From the IMG/VR virus record IMGVR_UViG_3300027985_001833, positions 1 to 64,000 of that record: 64,000 nt of DNA; one strand, given 5' to 3'. The notes beneath the pieces are model-generated. The model was not told the DNA's origin and made no database searches. It saw nothing but the letters and a program-made list of their open reading frames with translations. Source of the DNA: a virus. Made by a program: the position numbers and the translations under genes. This document shows positions 36,108-46,568 of the stretch, one piece after another (position 1 is the stretch's first letter; each line of letters opens with the position of its first letter).

Positions 36108-36889
36108 CTATCATGTCTCCAATCTATTGTTTTAACAATATCGGCTTTACATTTTTGACATTTGGCTTCAATCATCATAATTGGGCCAAGAACGTTATCA
36201 TCTATTTTTCTAATTAGCGTTTCTATGTCAAATTTCGATAATTCATCCAATTCATTTGATGTAAGCAGCGTTATTTTATCATCGCCCTTGATGCTACGAA
36301 TTGAACCTCTGATTGCCTCATCTTTGGCGGATGCATTTCCTGTTCCTTGGTCTGTTGCCCCTTCGATGACGCTCCACATAGGCAATCCCATCTTGAAACC
36401 AGTTATTTTCTTATTCCTGATATGGATTGGATATTTTAAATCATACTCCCAGGCCATATCGTCTGGATGTTCTGCGGTGGTGACCTCTAGTGTTTCCAAA
36501 TCACCATTAAAATCAAATTGATTTCCGCATCTAGGGCAAGTGATAATCATCCCCAAAATATTGCCCATGTTTTGCATTCGTAATGCACAATAAGCGGCAA
36601 AAACATCCCCCATGAACATTTGTGAAATTAAAATAATTTTTTCTTCTAATTTCATCACAGAGAAATCATAAGGGCCAAGCTTGTCGCACATTGTTGCTAA
36701 AACCATAGATACATAACGACCAATGTTTGCACCTTGATTCTCGCTTCTGATGCGCCCCAACTCTTTTTCCTCTTTCATCCTCCAAGGTCGAAATGAGAAA
36801 TTTTTATGATATTTCTTGTCTGAACCGAGAATGCCCATTGGAAGATTGTTGCCTAATTCTTTCAGATTTGTTTTCTTAATCACGGTCAA
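36083..36889 (-). CDS. Tail assembly chaperone
   Basis: Between tube and TMP; CPRCG and CQKC; ends SFF at the slippery site. Confidence 0.8.
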   Translation of the reverse strand: MTVIKKTNLKELGNNLPMGILGSDKKYHKNFSFRPWRMKEEKELGRIRSENQGANIGRYVSMVLATMCDKLGPYDFSVMKLEEKIILISQMFMGDVFAAYCALRMQNMGNILGMIITCPRCGNQFDFNGDLETLEVTTAEHPDDMAWEYDLKYPIHIRNKKITGFKMGLPMWSVIEGATDQGTGNASAKDEAIRGSIRSIKGDDKITLLTSNELDELSKFDIETLIRKIDDNVLGPIMMIEAKCQKCKADIVKTIDWRHDSFFGDSSR

Positions 36890-36936
36890 CCTCCATTTAC
36901 CTAAGCTATGTTAGGACTAACCGGTAGTAATGTATA

Positions 36937-37386
36937 TTATACAGCTACAATAGTGTCAATACTAAGTGTATATTCAAGTGTGGCCATTTCGCCTTCGTTG
37001 CCCATTTCACCATCAGGAGTCACTCTTTTTGAAACAAACACACCGTCTACGGTATAGGTGGCAAGGGTGTTACCAGTTCCGGATGTCCAAATCAACACAC
37101 CAGTTTTTTTGTATGTTGGCGAAACCGGATCCTTGCCCTCCTGGAACCAACCCTCCATGGCCATACGCTCAACCGTATGGTGCATAGGGATAGTGACAAC
37201 TAATTCAGATGGCGCACTTTCGCCACCACTAGCCTTTGTTCTATCTGGCAGTTCAATTGTGTTTAATTCCTCTTCCATCCCGCTAGCAGCTACAGCGGTC
37301 AACGGCGGTAAACCAATAATACTCAATGAATATTTACTAAGTGGGATGTGATCCGGTTTAATTGCGCCTTTCATTTTTACCTCCAA
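36937..37386 (-). CDS. Tail tube protein
   Basis: About 149 aa, downstream of the sheath; SG.E...W...KKTG.L pattern. Confidence 0.75.
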   Translation of the reverse strand: MEVKMKGAIKPDHIPLSKYSLSIIGLPPLTAVAASGMEEELNTIELPDRTKASGGESAPSELVVTIPMHHTVERMAMEGWFQEGKDPVSPTYKKTGVLIWTSGTGNTLATYTVDGVFVSKRVTPDGEMGNEGEMATLEYTLSIDTIVAV

Positions 37387-37395
37387 ATTGATTAT

Positions 37396-37842
37396 TTAAG
37401 CTTCTATGCTCACTGATTGCAATTTCACGCTCGCTATCAAATCAACGCCGCCTGTCGGAGCAGCAGAAACTACCAATTCTAGCAAATCTCCCGCCGCCAG
37501 CTCTGTGCCTAACGCCGTTGTGGACTTTTTCGTTCCATCAGCTTCAGTATTGGCTGTGGTCAACTCGCCTTTTGAAACTCCATTAATGTGAACCTGGACG
37601 GTGGTTGAATCTGCTGTTCCAGTGGTGCCAATGCTAGTTCTTAATCTGCCCAATTTACACGGCGCATCCACAACCATAGCGCTAATTGTTGCGGCAGCGA
37701 TAGTGGCCTGATACGCATTGAGAGACTCAGAATGATTTTCAACCAATGCTTTTAAGACACCATATAGTCTATCGCTGCCATGAGACTCATCCATTCCAGC
37801 GCCAGCATCACCAATCAATTTTTTCAAAATCTTGAGTGTCAT
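37396..37842 (-). CDS. Structural protein between sheath and tube
   Basis: Ala/Thr-rich beta-type sequence in the tail operon. Confidence 0.5.
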   Translation of the reverse strand: MTLKILKKLIGDAGAGMDESHGSDRLYGVLKALVENHSESLNAYQATIAAATISAMVVDAPCKLGRLRTSIGTTGTADSTTVQVHINGVSKGELTTANTEADGTKKSTTALGTELAAGDLLELVVSAAPTGGVDLIASVKLQSVSIEA

Positions 37843-37893
37843 TTCAAAATACTCCTTTTGTTTAAAATCTCATCACAAGAGACCATGTAATTA

Positions 37894-40176
37894 TTAACCA
37901 GCACTATCAAAGATGCCTTGTTTCCCTATGGTTATCACAAAGCGTTCAACCGTGTCGGCCAGCCTTAAACTGATTTGGGCATGCATATCGCCCGCTGTCA
38001 TCGTTATATCAGTGTTATTTTCATTATCAATTTTGATTATTACAGCATCAGTAAATTGATCGCCTCTGAGCGCTCTTTTTCGCCGCCATTCTGGCAGAAA
38101 GAATGATGTTAAAGCAACTTTTGCCAATTCTCTGGTTACAGCGTCATTGATAGCAAACACAATCCAATCGAAATTTTCTTGAAGTACGTGCTCATAATAA
38201 GACATCTGCTCGCGTTGATGTTTCCACATCCAAGTTGGATCAACGTGTAACATCCTATCGCCCCATATGACAAAGTTGCCATCTACTTTCTTGATTGTGG
38301 CTATGCCAACAGGATTCAGCAACTCTTCATTGAGAATGGTTTCGCCTGTGGTCAACTCCAAAATTGCCGGTAGGGTGGCCGATGTTCCGGCTTGCGCCTT
38401 GTGATAACCGTCCCAATCAGCAGCCATTCTGGCCTCACGACCATGAATCATACCAGTAAGTGACACCAATTTGCGCTTGCCTTCTGTTCCGCCAATTGGA
38501 TCAGCAACATAGCCATACGAGGGCATGGCCATGACGGCAAAATCATTTCTGCCAAGCGTGTCATTTACCAATGTGATTGCGCCATTTTCAGTCAAAGTGG
38601 CACTGGGCAACTCATATCTATATTGATAATTTTTTGCTTCGGCATATGCCACTGCTGCCTTTTGTACTGCCGTTGCCGTAACTCCTGGGGTAGCCATTTT
38701 GACTAAGCCCATGTTGCGTCCAAAAATTCGATTGAATGGCGAATTACCAACATCCCAAGCTTGATTTAAATAATCAGAATCTGTAATATCTGCAACTCCA
38801 TCAATTCCACCAGCCAAAGATTTTTCTGCTTCGACCATAAAATAATCATCGGTTGCGCCACTGGCAGTCAAATCCGAACCCGCCGCAACCGTAATAGTTT
38901 TGTGATCATTATCAACAATACGGTATTTTTCCAATTTGCTGTTTGGTTTGTCAGGATACAGATAGCCGCCAATAAGTTGATCGACGATAAACGGTTTGTA
39001 ATTGATCACCAATGTATCCGTCGCCACAAGTGGCGTGGCGCCTGCGGCCACGGTGAATGGCGGACTAAAAAGCTCATTATTCGGCGTGAACAAGCTGTCA
39101 AGCGTAACGGCACCTAAAGCACCATACTTATCTGATACAGCATCACCGGCTGTGGGAGAAGTCATGGTGATTGTAATTTTTTGTGGCTTGTGATAGTCCG
39201 TGGTAGTTCCTAAAGTGAATGTTGGATTGCCGCCACTTGGGGAATTGATAGTGAAGTCGTGAATAACCGATGTAAGCACGGTTGTGGTAACCGTTGCAAT
39301 TTTTCCATAATGGCTGGCCGGGCGGACATCGGCGGTGTGAAAACCCGTCCACAAATCTTCAACAAAAATTTCATAATTGCTATCATCATTATTGATAACA
39401 TTCACCCAATATCGTTTATCGGTTGGATTGGTGGATAGATTAGGATATTTTTTAATAAAATTACCATTTACAAACACAGATAAACCAAATTCAACATCAG
39501 GTTTTTCTTCCCCATCGTGAATCATATAGCTGACATATTTGGTCTCGTTTTCCAATATTAAATAATACCGCAAGCTACCAGCGCCGCCACCGTGATCGGT
39601 TAGCATTGTTTGATCACTAGCAACCATAATGATGCCTGCAGCGGTATTGCCCACGATGGGATATTGAACGTTTGGAACTTGTTGAAGGACAACAACACCA
39701 TCTTTCCATTGATCGGTGGCAAACGTGGATAATCCTGTATCTAGAGTCGTTTCAGCAAGATCACCAATATCAGCCAAATCTGCTGTGTAAATTGCCTCTT
39801 TGCCACCCCAACGGCCACCATTGTGCGCCCGAATTGTCCCCATAGGTGTGAGCAAATCACCATATCTGGCGTACAAAGTTGCTGACGCTTGAACTTCGTT
39901 GCCATCTGTCACACGAATCAAAAAAAGTCCTCCTGCTCCGTTGGCTATGTCAAAATAATGACGCGCACAATCCGGTAGCAAAGATTCGCTGACATAATCT
40001 CCACATTTTTTAATCAAATCAGTTTTGCTAGTAACGGTTATCAATTCGCCAATTGGGCCTTTTTCCAAAATACCGGCATAACCGGCCCAACCCAATGCTG
40101 CCGGAGATATGCTTTTTTGACCTTCTTGCTCCAAGATAACCGTTCCAGCCCCACGCGTTGGACCAAATCTTCTCAT
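37894..40176 (-). CDS. Contractile tail sheath protein
   Basis: G..EKGP, G.WG, GYHKAQAG, LNPVGI, IWGDR, WIVFAIND, AFTVKID-like C-terminus. Confidence 0.92.
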   Translation of the reverse strand: MRRFGPTRGAGTVILEQEGQKSISPAALGWAGYAGILEKGPIGELITVTSKTDLIKKCGDYVSESLLPDCARHYFDIANGAGGLFLIRVTDGNEVQASATLYARYGDLLTPMGTIRAHNGGRWGGKEAIYTADLADIGDLAETTLDTGLSTFATDQWKDGVVVLQQVPNVQYPIVGNTAAGIIMVASDQTMLTDHGGGAGSLRYYLILENETKYVSYMIHDGEEKPDVEFGLSVFVNGNFIKKYPNLSTNPTDKRYWVNVINNDDSNYEIFVEDLWTGFHTADVRPASHYGKIATVTTTVLTSVIHDFTINSPSGGNPTFTLGTTTDYHKPQKITITMTSPTAGDAVSDKYGALGAVTLDSLFTPNNELFSPPFTVAAGATPLVATDTLVINYKPFIVDQLIGGYLYPDKPNSKLEKYRIVDNDHKTITVAAGSDLTASGATDDYFMVEAEKSLAGGIDGVADITDSDYLNQAWDVGNSPFNRIFGRNMGLVKMATPGVTATAVQKAAVAYAEAKNYQYRYELPSATLTENGAITLVNDTLGRNDFAVMAMPSYGYVADPIGGTEGKRKLVSLTGMIHGREARMAADWDGYHKAQAGTSATLPAILELTTGETILNEELLNPVGIATIKKVDGNFVIWGDRMLHVDPTWMWKHQREQMSYYEHVLQENFDWIVFAINDAVTRELAKVALTSFFLPEWRRKRALRGDQFTDAVIIKIDNENNTDITMTAGDMHAQISLRLADTVERFVITIGKQGIFDSAG

Positions 40177-41429
40177 GTTATCCTCCTTATTTCCACGTTA
40201 ACATCGCCTGTGATTTTAAACTCATTCACGATGTATATATTTCTATCATCTCTTTGGTATCTTAACGTATTTTTGATGCTTATGTTAAGTAATCCTGTTT
40301 TCAAATTATCTTCCGATGTTTGTGTTGATCTAGGTTCGTAATTTTTTGTAATCACTACATCGTATTTTTCATCCAAGGCTACAGACGTCAATTGTTTATT
40401 ATTGGCGAAAAATCTCTCGATTTCATTTCCTAATCGTAATTGATCTTTCATCAAAGCCGTGATTCCAACCAAAGATATATCTATGGTTGTTTGATTTGGA
40501 CGTATAATTTGTATAGCGGTTTTAGCATCTTTGTTTCTTACAGCGGTATTTTGACTTAATTCAACTGTATTTTTTTTTACAGCAATTATGTGAATAGCTG
40601 GAACTTTGTCTATTTCGATATAATTGACATCCGTGGATAATGCCACCATCGGTTTGTAAACAAATTTGATCCAAATCAATTTACCAGCATCAACAGATGA
40701 ATTCAATGTAATTATTTTTGTAGTAGGGTTATATGATTGAAATAAATCAATAAATTGATTTGGATCGTCTGTTTTGTTATAAACACTATCTATTTCGACA
40801 ATGTCATATGGAGTTTCTAACGGATAATCATTTTCCAAATCTATGACGGCAGTGATAGAATTCAATTCAACAATGAAATCACTAATTGGCCTAATACCAT
40901 TTTTCAACGCTGGTATCAATGATCTAACGATTAAATCCTCTTCAAACTCCACATTTGAATTGTAAGCCACTAATATTTCAAACACGTGAGGTGTTACACT
41001 TTTATTTGTAGTGACCAAATTGATTATTATTTGTATTTTTCGCTCTGTTGCTGAAAATAACGATATGTTGGCAGCCACTTCTGTTTCTGTATTCCAATTG
41101 CTGGTATTTATTTCCCAAAACGTACCATTCCACCAATATTCATTAGCGCCATCTGATAATCGAAATCCTAAGCTGGATAATGGTGTAATTCCGTCTTCAT
41201 CTTTTTGATGATACGCAATTACATCAAAGCCAATCCATTGTTTCACAGACAAAGGGTTGGCTATCCAGGTTTTTACATATAAATCAGATATTATTGGGTA
41301 TTCACCATCTATGGTTGATAATTCTAAACGATTTTTATTTGGATTTAAACGAGTGTTTGCGCCAAGCGTTATTTTAGTCCTATTGGATTCTTCAAAAATA
41401 AATCGTTTGAAAATTGTTTTTAATCTCAT
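40173..41429 (-). CDS. Tail terminator/completion protein with extra N-terminal domain
   Basis: Immediately upstream of the sheath; KVPAIHI. Confidence 0.5.
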   Translation of the reverse strand: MRLKTIFKRFIFEESNRTKITLGANTRLNPNKNRLELSTIDGEYPIISDLYVKTWIANPLSVKQWIGFDVIAYHQKDEDGITPLSSLGFRLSDGANEYWWNGTFWEINTSNWNTETEVAANISLFSATERKIQIIINLVTTNKSVTPHVFEILVAYNSNVEFEEDLIVRSLIPALKNGIRPISDFIVELNSITAVIDLENDYPLETPYDIVEIDSVYNKTDDPNQFIDLFQSYNPTTKIITLNSSVDAGKLIWIKFVYKPMVALSTDVNYIEIDKVPAIHIIAVKKNTVELSQNTAVRNKDAKTAIQIIRPNQTTIDISLVGITALMKDQLRLGNEIERFFANNKQLTSVALDEKYDVVITKNYEPRSTQTSEDNLKTGLLNISIKNTLRYQRDDRNIYIVNEFKITGDVNVEIRRIT

Positions 41430-42058
41430 ACTGTCCTTATTATCTTGATAAATGCATTTCCAAACGATTTATTCATTTGTTGTTTCACCAATCTCATCAC
41501 TTCAGGTTTGTCAAACGTATCATATATAAATGGCCTAGCTGGTATAACGATGGCCTTTGTAGATTTTTTTAATGGCAGCCATTTGTTGGGCATTTGATCA
41601 TACAATTCTCTGACTGCTCCTGTCAATTCGTTTGGATCCATTTTGCCTTGAGAAACTTGCCAAAGTGCCAAAAACATACCTCTCATTTTGTCTGTTACTT
41701 TGATTTCTGTTCCTTGGTGTATTGTAATAGCAATACCGTATTCGGCATCATTTTTCATAACTCCAACAAAACCTTCCAATTTAGAAACATAATGAGTAAC
41801 AGAGCCAAATAGTTGAGCACCTGCTCTATAACCAATCAACGGCTTTGAATCACCTTTGATTAGTGCTGTCAATGGAGCGTTAGTTGCGAAATTGCCCTCT
41901 TTGATCGTTTCCCTGATCTTTGCCACTACTATCAAGCAACTTAATTTAATAGCGATGTGCATTTGCTGATCGGCTATTGCTTGAAAGTGTTTTGGATTCA
42001 ACGCCATTTCAAATTTCTTCCAATTTTTGTCTTTTTTAAATGTGAAATTAGACATCAT
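41426..42058 (-). CDS. Neck/tail completion protein (virion morphogenesis family)
   Basis: NAPLT...KG.SKPLI, IHQG, IPARPF. Confidence 0.7.
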   Translation of the reverse strand: MMSNFTFKKDKNWKKFEMALNPKHFQAIADQQMHIAIKLSCLIVVAKIRETIKEGNFATNAPLTALIKGDSKPLIGYRAGAQLFGSVTHYVSKLEGFVGVMKNDAEYGIAITIHQGTEIKVTDKMRGMFLALWQVSQGKMDPNELTGAVRELYDQMPNKWLPLKKSTKAIVIPARPFIYDTFDKPEVMRLVKQQMNKSFGNAFIKIIRTV

Positions 42059-42477
42059 ATATCTAAACGTTGACGAGATGGTTGGTTGTCTTCAAAATAT
42101 GCTTTTACCATTGTTTTGCCAAAACCTGGATAATGGCCACACGGCGTTAATTTCACGATATATGCATCGGTGTTTTCGCCATCAATCGAAATCAATCTGT
42201 CGTTTAATTTCAATGTTATTGGTGATGGTGCTGCTGCTAAATCAACGTATCTAAACAATACATACCCATCGGCTTTTTTTTGGATGCCGCCGATGGTCAT
42301 TTTCATCTCTTCGCTATTTGCCCATTTCACTTGACCCTTAACTGTTTGAATAATATTTTTTACTGTTTGTTGTACAGGTTCTCTTAGATCGTCATCATAT
42401 TGCGTCGAACTAATATTGTGCGTTTGTATGGACACAGGGACAGGATGTAATAAATTAGGCATTGGCATGGCGATCAC
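42055..42477 (-). CDS. Head closure protein
   Basis: YDDDLREP, synteny after the adaptor. Confidence 0.6.
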   Translation of the reverse strand: MIAMPMPNLLHPVPVSIQTHNISSTQYDDDLREPVQQTVKNIIQTVKGQVKWANSEEMKMTIGGIQKKADGYVLFRYVDLAAAPSPITLKLNDRLISIDGENTDAYIVKLTPCGHYPGFGKTMVKAYFEDNQPSRQRLDI

Positions 42478-43562
42478 CTTATGCTTGAATTAATAGGATA
42501 TGCCATCGCAAGCGGCCCCTTGAACAATTTAATAATGCCTAAAACTTCAGCGTCGTTTGTGATGCCTGATAAACCTGATTGCTTTGATTTTGTCTCTCCG
42601 CCAATTTGAGCATATTTCACCTTATGCCCATCAGTCCATTCTTCCAACAAAGCCCCAACTAATGGTGGTAATGATGAATCAGAATCTCCGTAAACAGGAT
42701 TAGTCAATTTTTCTATCACCAATTTTAACAAAGCTCTTTGGATAAGTTTTGGTGTATTTCCTGCTTCATCAAGATATCCGAATGTACCCTTGACTTCCTG
42801 ATTTTTCGTTCCTTGCCTAAATATCAATTGTCCTTGACATTGAGCAAATATATCAGATGTATATGTATTAATCAATTTTATTCTTGGATTTTTTCTATCA
42901 TCGGGATACGAAATTGAATTATATACCTTGTAATAGTCCGTGCTTAATTCATTGCTTGAATCATTTAATTTTACATGATCTATGGAAATAATTGGCACAC
43001 CAAGTGGCAAAATCACAGAATCTGTTCCGTCCAATTTCATGGTAATGGCGACCGGACGAAACCATTGTCTACAAGCTCTATCCAAAAAAGTCTGCCATAT
43101 TTCAATGGTGGAAAGGATCAAAGAGTCTGGATATTTAATAACATCTGTCAAGCCCGCATTTCTTACATCGTAAATTGTAATATAAGTATCACTGGTCGAG
43201 CCTCCTGATTGAACCAGAACTTCAAAATCTTCTTGTCCTGATTGATATGGCGCGCCGGAACTTATTTTCCATCTCCATTCTATGCGGTGAGTCCCAATTG
43301 ACGCCGTTAATTCCGGCGTGAACCCTCTTGCGTTGGAATTATCATATGCATAATATGCACCAGTCGAAAATTTTCCTGGCGCGTTGGTCACATCTTCATA
43401 CGTCCCTGGAGTAATAGGGAATATTTGCACACCTGGCAATCCTCCAGTGATATCAAAAATACGATATTCAACGGCATAAGCATCGGTGCTTATGCCATTA
43501 ACGGTGATAAACCAATTGATTATCGATGTTGTGTTCTCCTGGCCTCTTGCTAATGCTGGCAT
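42474..43562 (-). CDS. Head-tail adaptor with N-terminal extra domain
   Basis: YITIYDVR, LDRACRQWF, LDG, GTFGY...P.LI.RA. Confidence 0.65.
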   Translation of the reverse strand: MPALARGQENTTSIINWFITVNGISTDAYAVEYRIFDITGGLPGVQIFPITPGTYEDVTNAPGKFSTGAYYAYDNSNARGFTPELTASIGTHRIEWRWKISSGAPYQSGQEDFEVLVQSGGSTSDTYITIYDVRNAGLTDVIKYPDSLILSTIEIWQTFLDRACRQWFRPVAITMKLDGTDSVILPLGVPIISIDHVKLNDSSNELSTDYYKVYNSISYPDDRKNPRIKLINTYTSDIFAQCQGQLIFRQGTKNQEVKGTFGYLDEAGNTPKLIQRALLKLVIEKLTNPVYGDSDSSLPPLVGALLEEWTDGHKVKYAQIGGETKSKQSGLSGITNDAEVLGIIKLFKGPLAMAYPINSSIR

Positions 43563-43570
43563 ATCAACTC

Positions 43571-43855
43571 CTAATCAAACAAGACTCCTGCCCAAAAGCT
43601 TTTTTTAATTTTAATTGCGGCTTCAATTGTAGTTTTAAAACCGTGTTCTTTCAACCATGTGCGAGCTTCATACACGGTCCATTTTGATGATTCAAATCTT
43701 ATTGACTGCATCTCTACAATTCTCTTCCCGGCATCAATTTTAATCCCCCAAATAACATCAACGCCATCTGGAAATCCTTTGGGTCTATTTCTGCGAAATT
43801 CTTTATAATTATTTGGAGATTTTTGACGCGCAGCGTGTTCATTTGGAAATGGCAT
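43571..43855 (-). CDS. Small head-associated protein (PFPNEH domain) ending in a scaffold-like C-terminal motif
   Basis: MPFPNEHAAR...QSIRF...W...EAR.WL; ends KSFWAGVLFD. Confidence 0.6.
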   Translation of the reverse strand: MPFPNEHAARQKSPNNYKEFRRNRPKGFPDGVDVIWGIKIDAGKRIVEMQSIRFESSKWTVYEARTWLKEHGFKTTIEAAIKIKKSFWAGVLFD

Positions 43856-43892
43856 TCAATCACCTTAATATCTTTTCTGTGCATTTTAGATT

Positions 43893-44198
43893 TCATGGTA
43901 AAATTCCATTAGGATCAAATGGAGACCCTGTGACGCTATCTAATCCAAGATGCTGTGAATCTTTATCTTGATAAAATGCTTGTAAAATATCGCCAACCAG
44001 CGGGGCTTCTATAAATTCAATAGTGCCATCGTCTATTTCCGTCCAACCCGCTCTATCATCTGTATTTTCGTACACTTGGCCATTCCATACGATTTTAATG
44101 GTCCCAGATACGTATTTAGATGCTGTCTGAAAAATTCGATTGACACCATCAATAACCCCAATTAAATCTTCAATTATTGAATTATAATAATCAACCAT
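43893..44198 (-). CDS. Small beta-sandwich structural protein
   Basis: G.IDGVNRIF...NGQ...AP..GD. Confidence 0.55.
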   Translation of the reverse strand: MVDYYNSIIEDLIGVIDGVNRIFQTASKYVSGTIKIVWNGQVYENTDDRAGWTEIDDGTIEFIEAPLVGDILQAFYQDKDSQHLGLDSVTGSPFDPNGILP

Positions 44199-44199
44199 T

Positions 44200-44526
44200 T
44201 TATTTTTTCAATTCAATTGTCTTCAATGATGATTGAATATTATTTAATTTTTCATCGATATTTCCGGAAGCGACTTGATCTTGGATTTTGGCCACCTTTG
44301 ATTGCAATTGTGTAAACTGATACACCGCCGTAATGGCCGATGCTAAGAGCAACGCTAATAATGATACAAATATTGTTTTAAAAAATTTCCAAGAACCTAA
44401 CTCGCCAATAATTGATTGAATGTTTTCTTGTAATTTCATAATAGTCATTTCGATTCTATTGAAATCAATTTGTCTGATGCACCTATGTTTTATTGCATCC
44501 ATCTCTGCCCTCTGACCACCCATCAC
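44200..44526 (-). CDS. Single-TM coiled-coil protein
   Basis: IFVSLLALLLASAITAVY hydrophobic stretch. Confidence 0.5.
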   Translation of the reverse strand: MMGGQRAEMDAIKHRCIRQIDFNRIEMTIMKLQENIQSIIGELGSWKFFKTIFVSLLALLLASAITAVYQFTQLQSKVAKIQDQVASGNIDEKLNNIQSSLKTIELKK

Positions 44527-44537
44527 AGACCCTTTCT

Positions 44538-45437
44538 TTACGACATATCCTTGTATGATTCATAACAGTGAATTGCCATTCCTGCATATGAATCGCCCTT
44601 GGGATCATTAAATTCAACAGAAATTTTTGTAAACTCAATTTCCATTTGCGATTTAGTCTTACCAAAATAAGTTATCCAAGATGGTGTAATATTTTTTGTT
44701 TCTGCGCACACCCAAACGAATTTCCTACATTGATAAAATTCGTTTGCTTTTTCTATAAATGATTTCGCTTGGTCAATTTGGCCAATTTGGCCTCCAATGG
44801 TTTCTGCAACATTGCTGTAAGAGCCAATAAATGCCTCATCGACTGTTTTGAGCAAATGTTCGCCGTGATAACCTAAGAGTCCATCATATTCAATTTTTTC
44901 ATCAAATGGTGAATCTTGACCATCAGACATCGACCACCAAGGTATCCAACAACCAACAGGAATTTGTAATTGCATTTTAGTGGTTTCAATTAATTTACAA
45001 AACGATGGAATGTATTCATGCAAATCTGGAAGTGGAGAAAGGGTGAAATATTCCACATCGTACAAAAATCCATCAAAAGCTTCTTCAGGATGGATTTTGT
45101 TAAACATTTGAATAGGCGTTATGATATTTTTTTTCACCCATTTTTGATTAATTCCCCAATCAGAATTTCCAGCCATTGCATACACTTTAATTCCTTCATT
45201 TTTTAGCTCTCTAATAAGCAATTGCAAATTATCAACATTGGACGTATCCCAATTTGTAAATCCCAACCAATTATACATATTCAACAAAATACAATTGATG
45301 TCTTCATTTTTACAAAAAGCAACCAAAGAATCCATTTCTGCGGATTCATCGACTAAATTTTTGTTCCATACGAACATAGCCCTATTCAAATCATAATTAT
45401 GCGGTGTAATTCTAGACATTTCATCTCCCTTTTGCAC
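44538..45437 (-). CDS. Putative TIM-barrel glycoside hydrolase-like protein
   Basis: AMFVW, GIKVYAMAG..DW, FDGFLYDVEY, VCAET, GMAIHCY. Confidence 0.5.
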   Translation of the reverse strand: MQKGDEMSRITPHNYDLNRAMFVWNKNLVDESAEMDSLVAFCKNEDINCILLNMYNWLGFTNWDTSNVDNLQLLIRELKNEGIKVYAMAGNSDWGINQKWVKKNIITPIQMFNKIHPEEAFDGFLYDVEYFTLSPLPDLHEYIPSFCKLIETTKMQLQIPVGCWIPWWSMSDGQDSPFDEKIEYDGLLGYHGEHLLKTVDEAFIGSYSNVAETIGGQIGQIDQAKSFIEKANEFYQCRKFVWVCAETKNITPSWITYFGKTKSQMEIEFTKISVEFNDPKGDSYAGMAIHCYESYKDMS

Positions 45438-45521
45438 TACAATGCATCGTCAGATTCCTAATTCCCTTATGCCTGTCTTGATTTGTCATTATTTTCTCTC
45501 AATCCATCTCGCTTGTTATTA

Positions 45522-46568
45522 TCAATATGATCTCCCTCCAATTATATCCACGTAATCAATTTTACAATCTCTAACCGCCGTGCCTGCTGATCTGGCAATT
45601 TGGGCTCTAAAATACATTGAGCTGGTGGGTATGTTGGTTGTGTGTTCCACAATTTGGTCTTCATCAATAAAAAATTTAATACTCGATGCGGATATTTGTA
45701 TGCCAAAATGGTGCCATGCCGTATCAAGCGCTTTAGAACTCGTGTATGATGTGGACACGCCGCCTGACGAATTCCTACACACCCAGTAACCGGCAGCGGT
45801 GTCGGCGACGAATTCTATTTTATTGTTGGAATCATCATAGAAGCCAATATAAGCCATGTGATCAACAGTGTGATCTAATTTAAAACCAGTTTTTAACGTG
45901 ATATTGTAAGATGCCTTAAAGTTTTTTAAGGCATCTGTTAACGTTGCGTAATCACCAGAAGTTTCACCACTTCTAATTCTAATTTGTCCATGTTCGCCAG
46001 AAATGGCAGATACTTCAGAATTGGTACCATAGTTATCACTTGTCCATATATACCAATTCAAATCAACGCCAATAAAATCATCAAATATTTTGAAATAATC
46101 TGATGGTTCAATGTATTTGATGGTTTTCCATCTAACACCATCGGATTCAGATGAATCAACAACCAACATCTGCCCGTCAATTGTCCCGATAGCCCTCCTG
46201 GCAATCGTATCATTGGCAGTGCCCACGAACAAATCGCCCTTGGCGTTTGCTATTGATTTCATAAGAGCGCCAGCAGAATACACATTGCTGGCATCCGTAA
46301 CGTCTGCACCTGTTTCTATTCCGTCCAATTTCGCGATTTGTTCAGCGGTGGCCAGGCCTTTTTGCGATGAAGATGCGTTTTGAATATCGTCTGTACCATT
46401 AACGTGCGTGGATGCATGATTTCCCGGCGTGGCGCCTGCGCCTATTTCGGTTTCTGTGCCGGCATCGTCCTTTGAATACCATTTTTTATCCGTTTTAGGA
46501 TACAATTTAGTGTATCCAATTGATGGAGTGTCTGCAGACGATACGTTGCTAGTGTTGATTTCGCCCAT
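45522..46568 (-). CDS. Fibre-like structural protein with C-terminal lectin (LamG-like) domain
   Basis: KLDGIE.GA, AKGDL..G, DDF, WHHF.I...FFID. Confidence 0.6.
   Translation of the reverse strand: MGEINTSNVSSADTPSIGYTKLYPKTDKKWYSKDDAGTETEIGAGATPGNHASTHVNGTDDIQNASSSQKGLATAEQIAKLDGIETGADVTDASNVYSAGALMKSIANAKGDLFVGTANDTIARRAIGTIDGQMLVVDSSESDGVRWKTIKYIEPSDYFKIFDDFIGVDLNWYIWTSDNYGTNSEVSAISGEHGQIRIRSGETSGDYATLTDALKNFKASYNITLKTGFKLDHTVDHMAYIGFYDDSNNKIEFVADTAAGYWVCRNSSGGVSTSYTSSKALDTAWHHFGIQISASSIKFFIDEDQIVEHTTNIPTSSMYFRAQIARSAGTAVRDCKIDYVDIIGGRSY

Noticed and set aside
27568-40176. Extracellular contractile injection system or tailocin
   Set aside because: Terminase, portal, capsid and replication genes are present, so this is a phage tail
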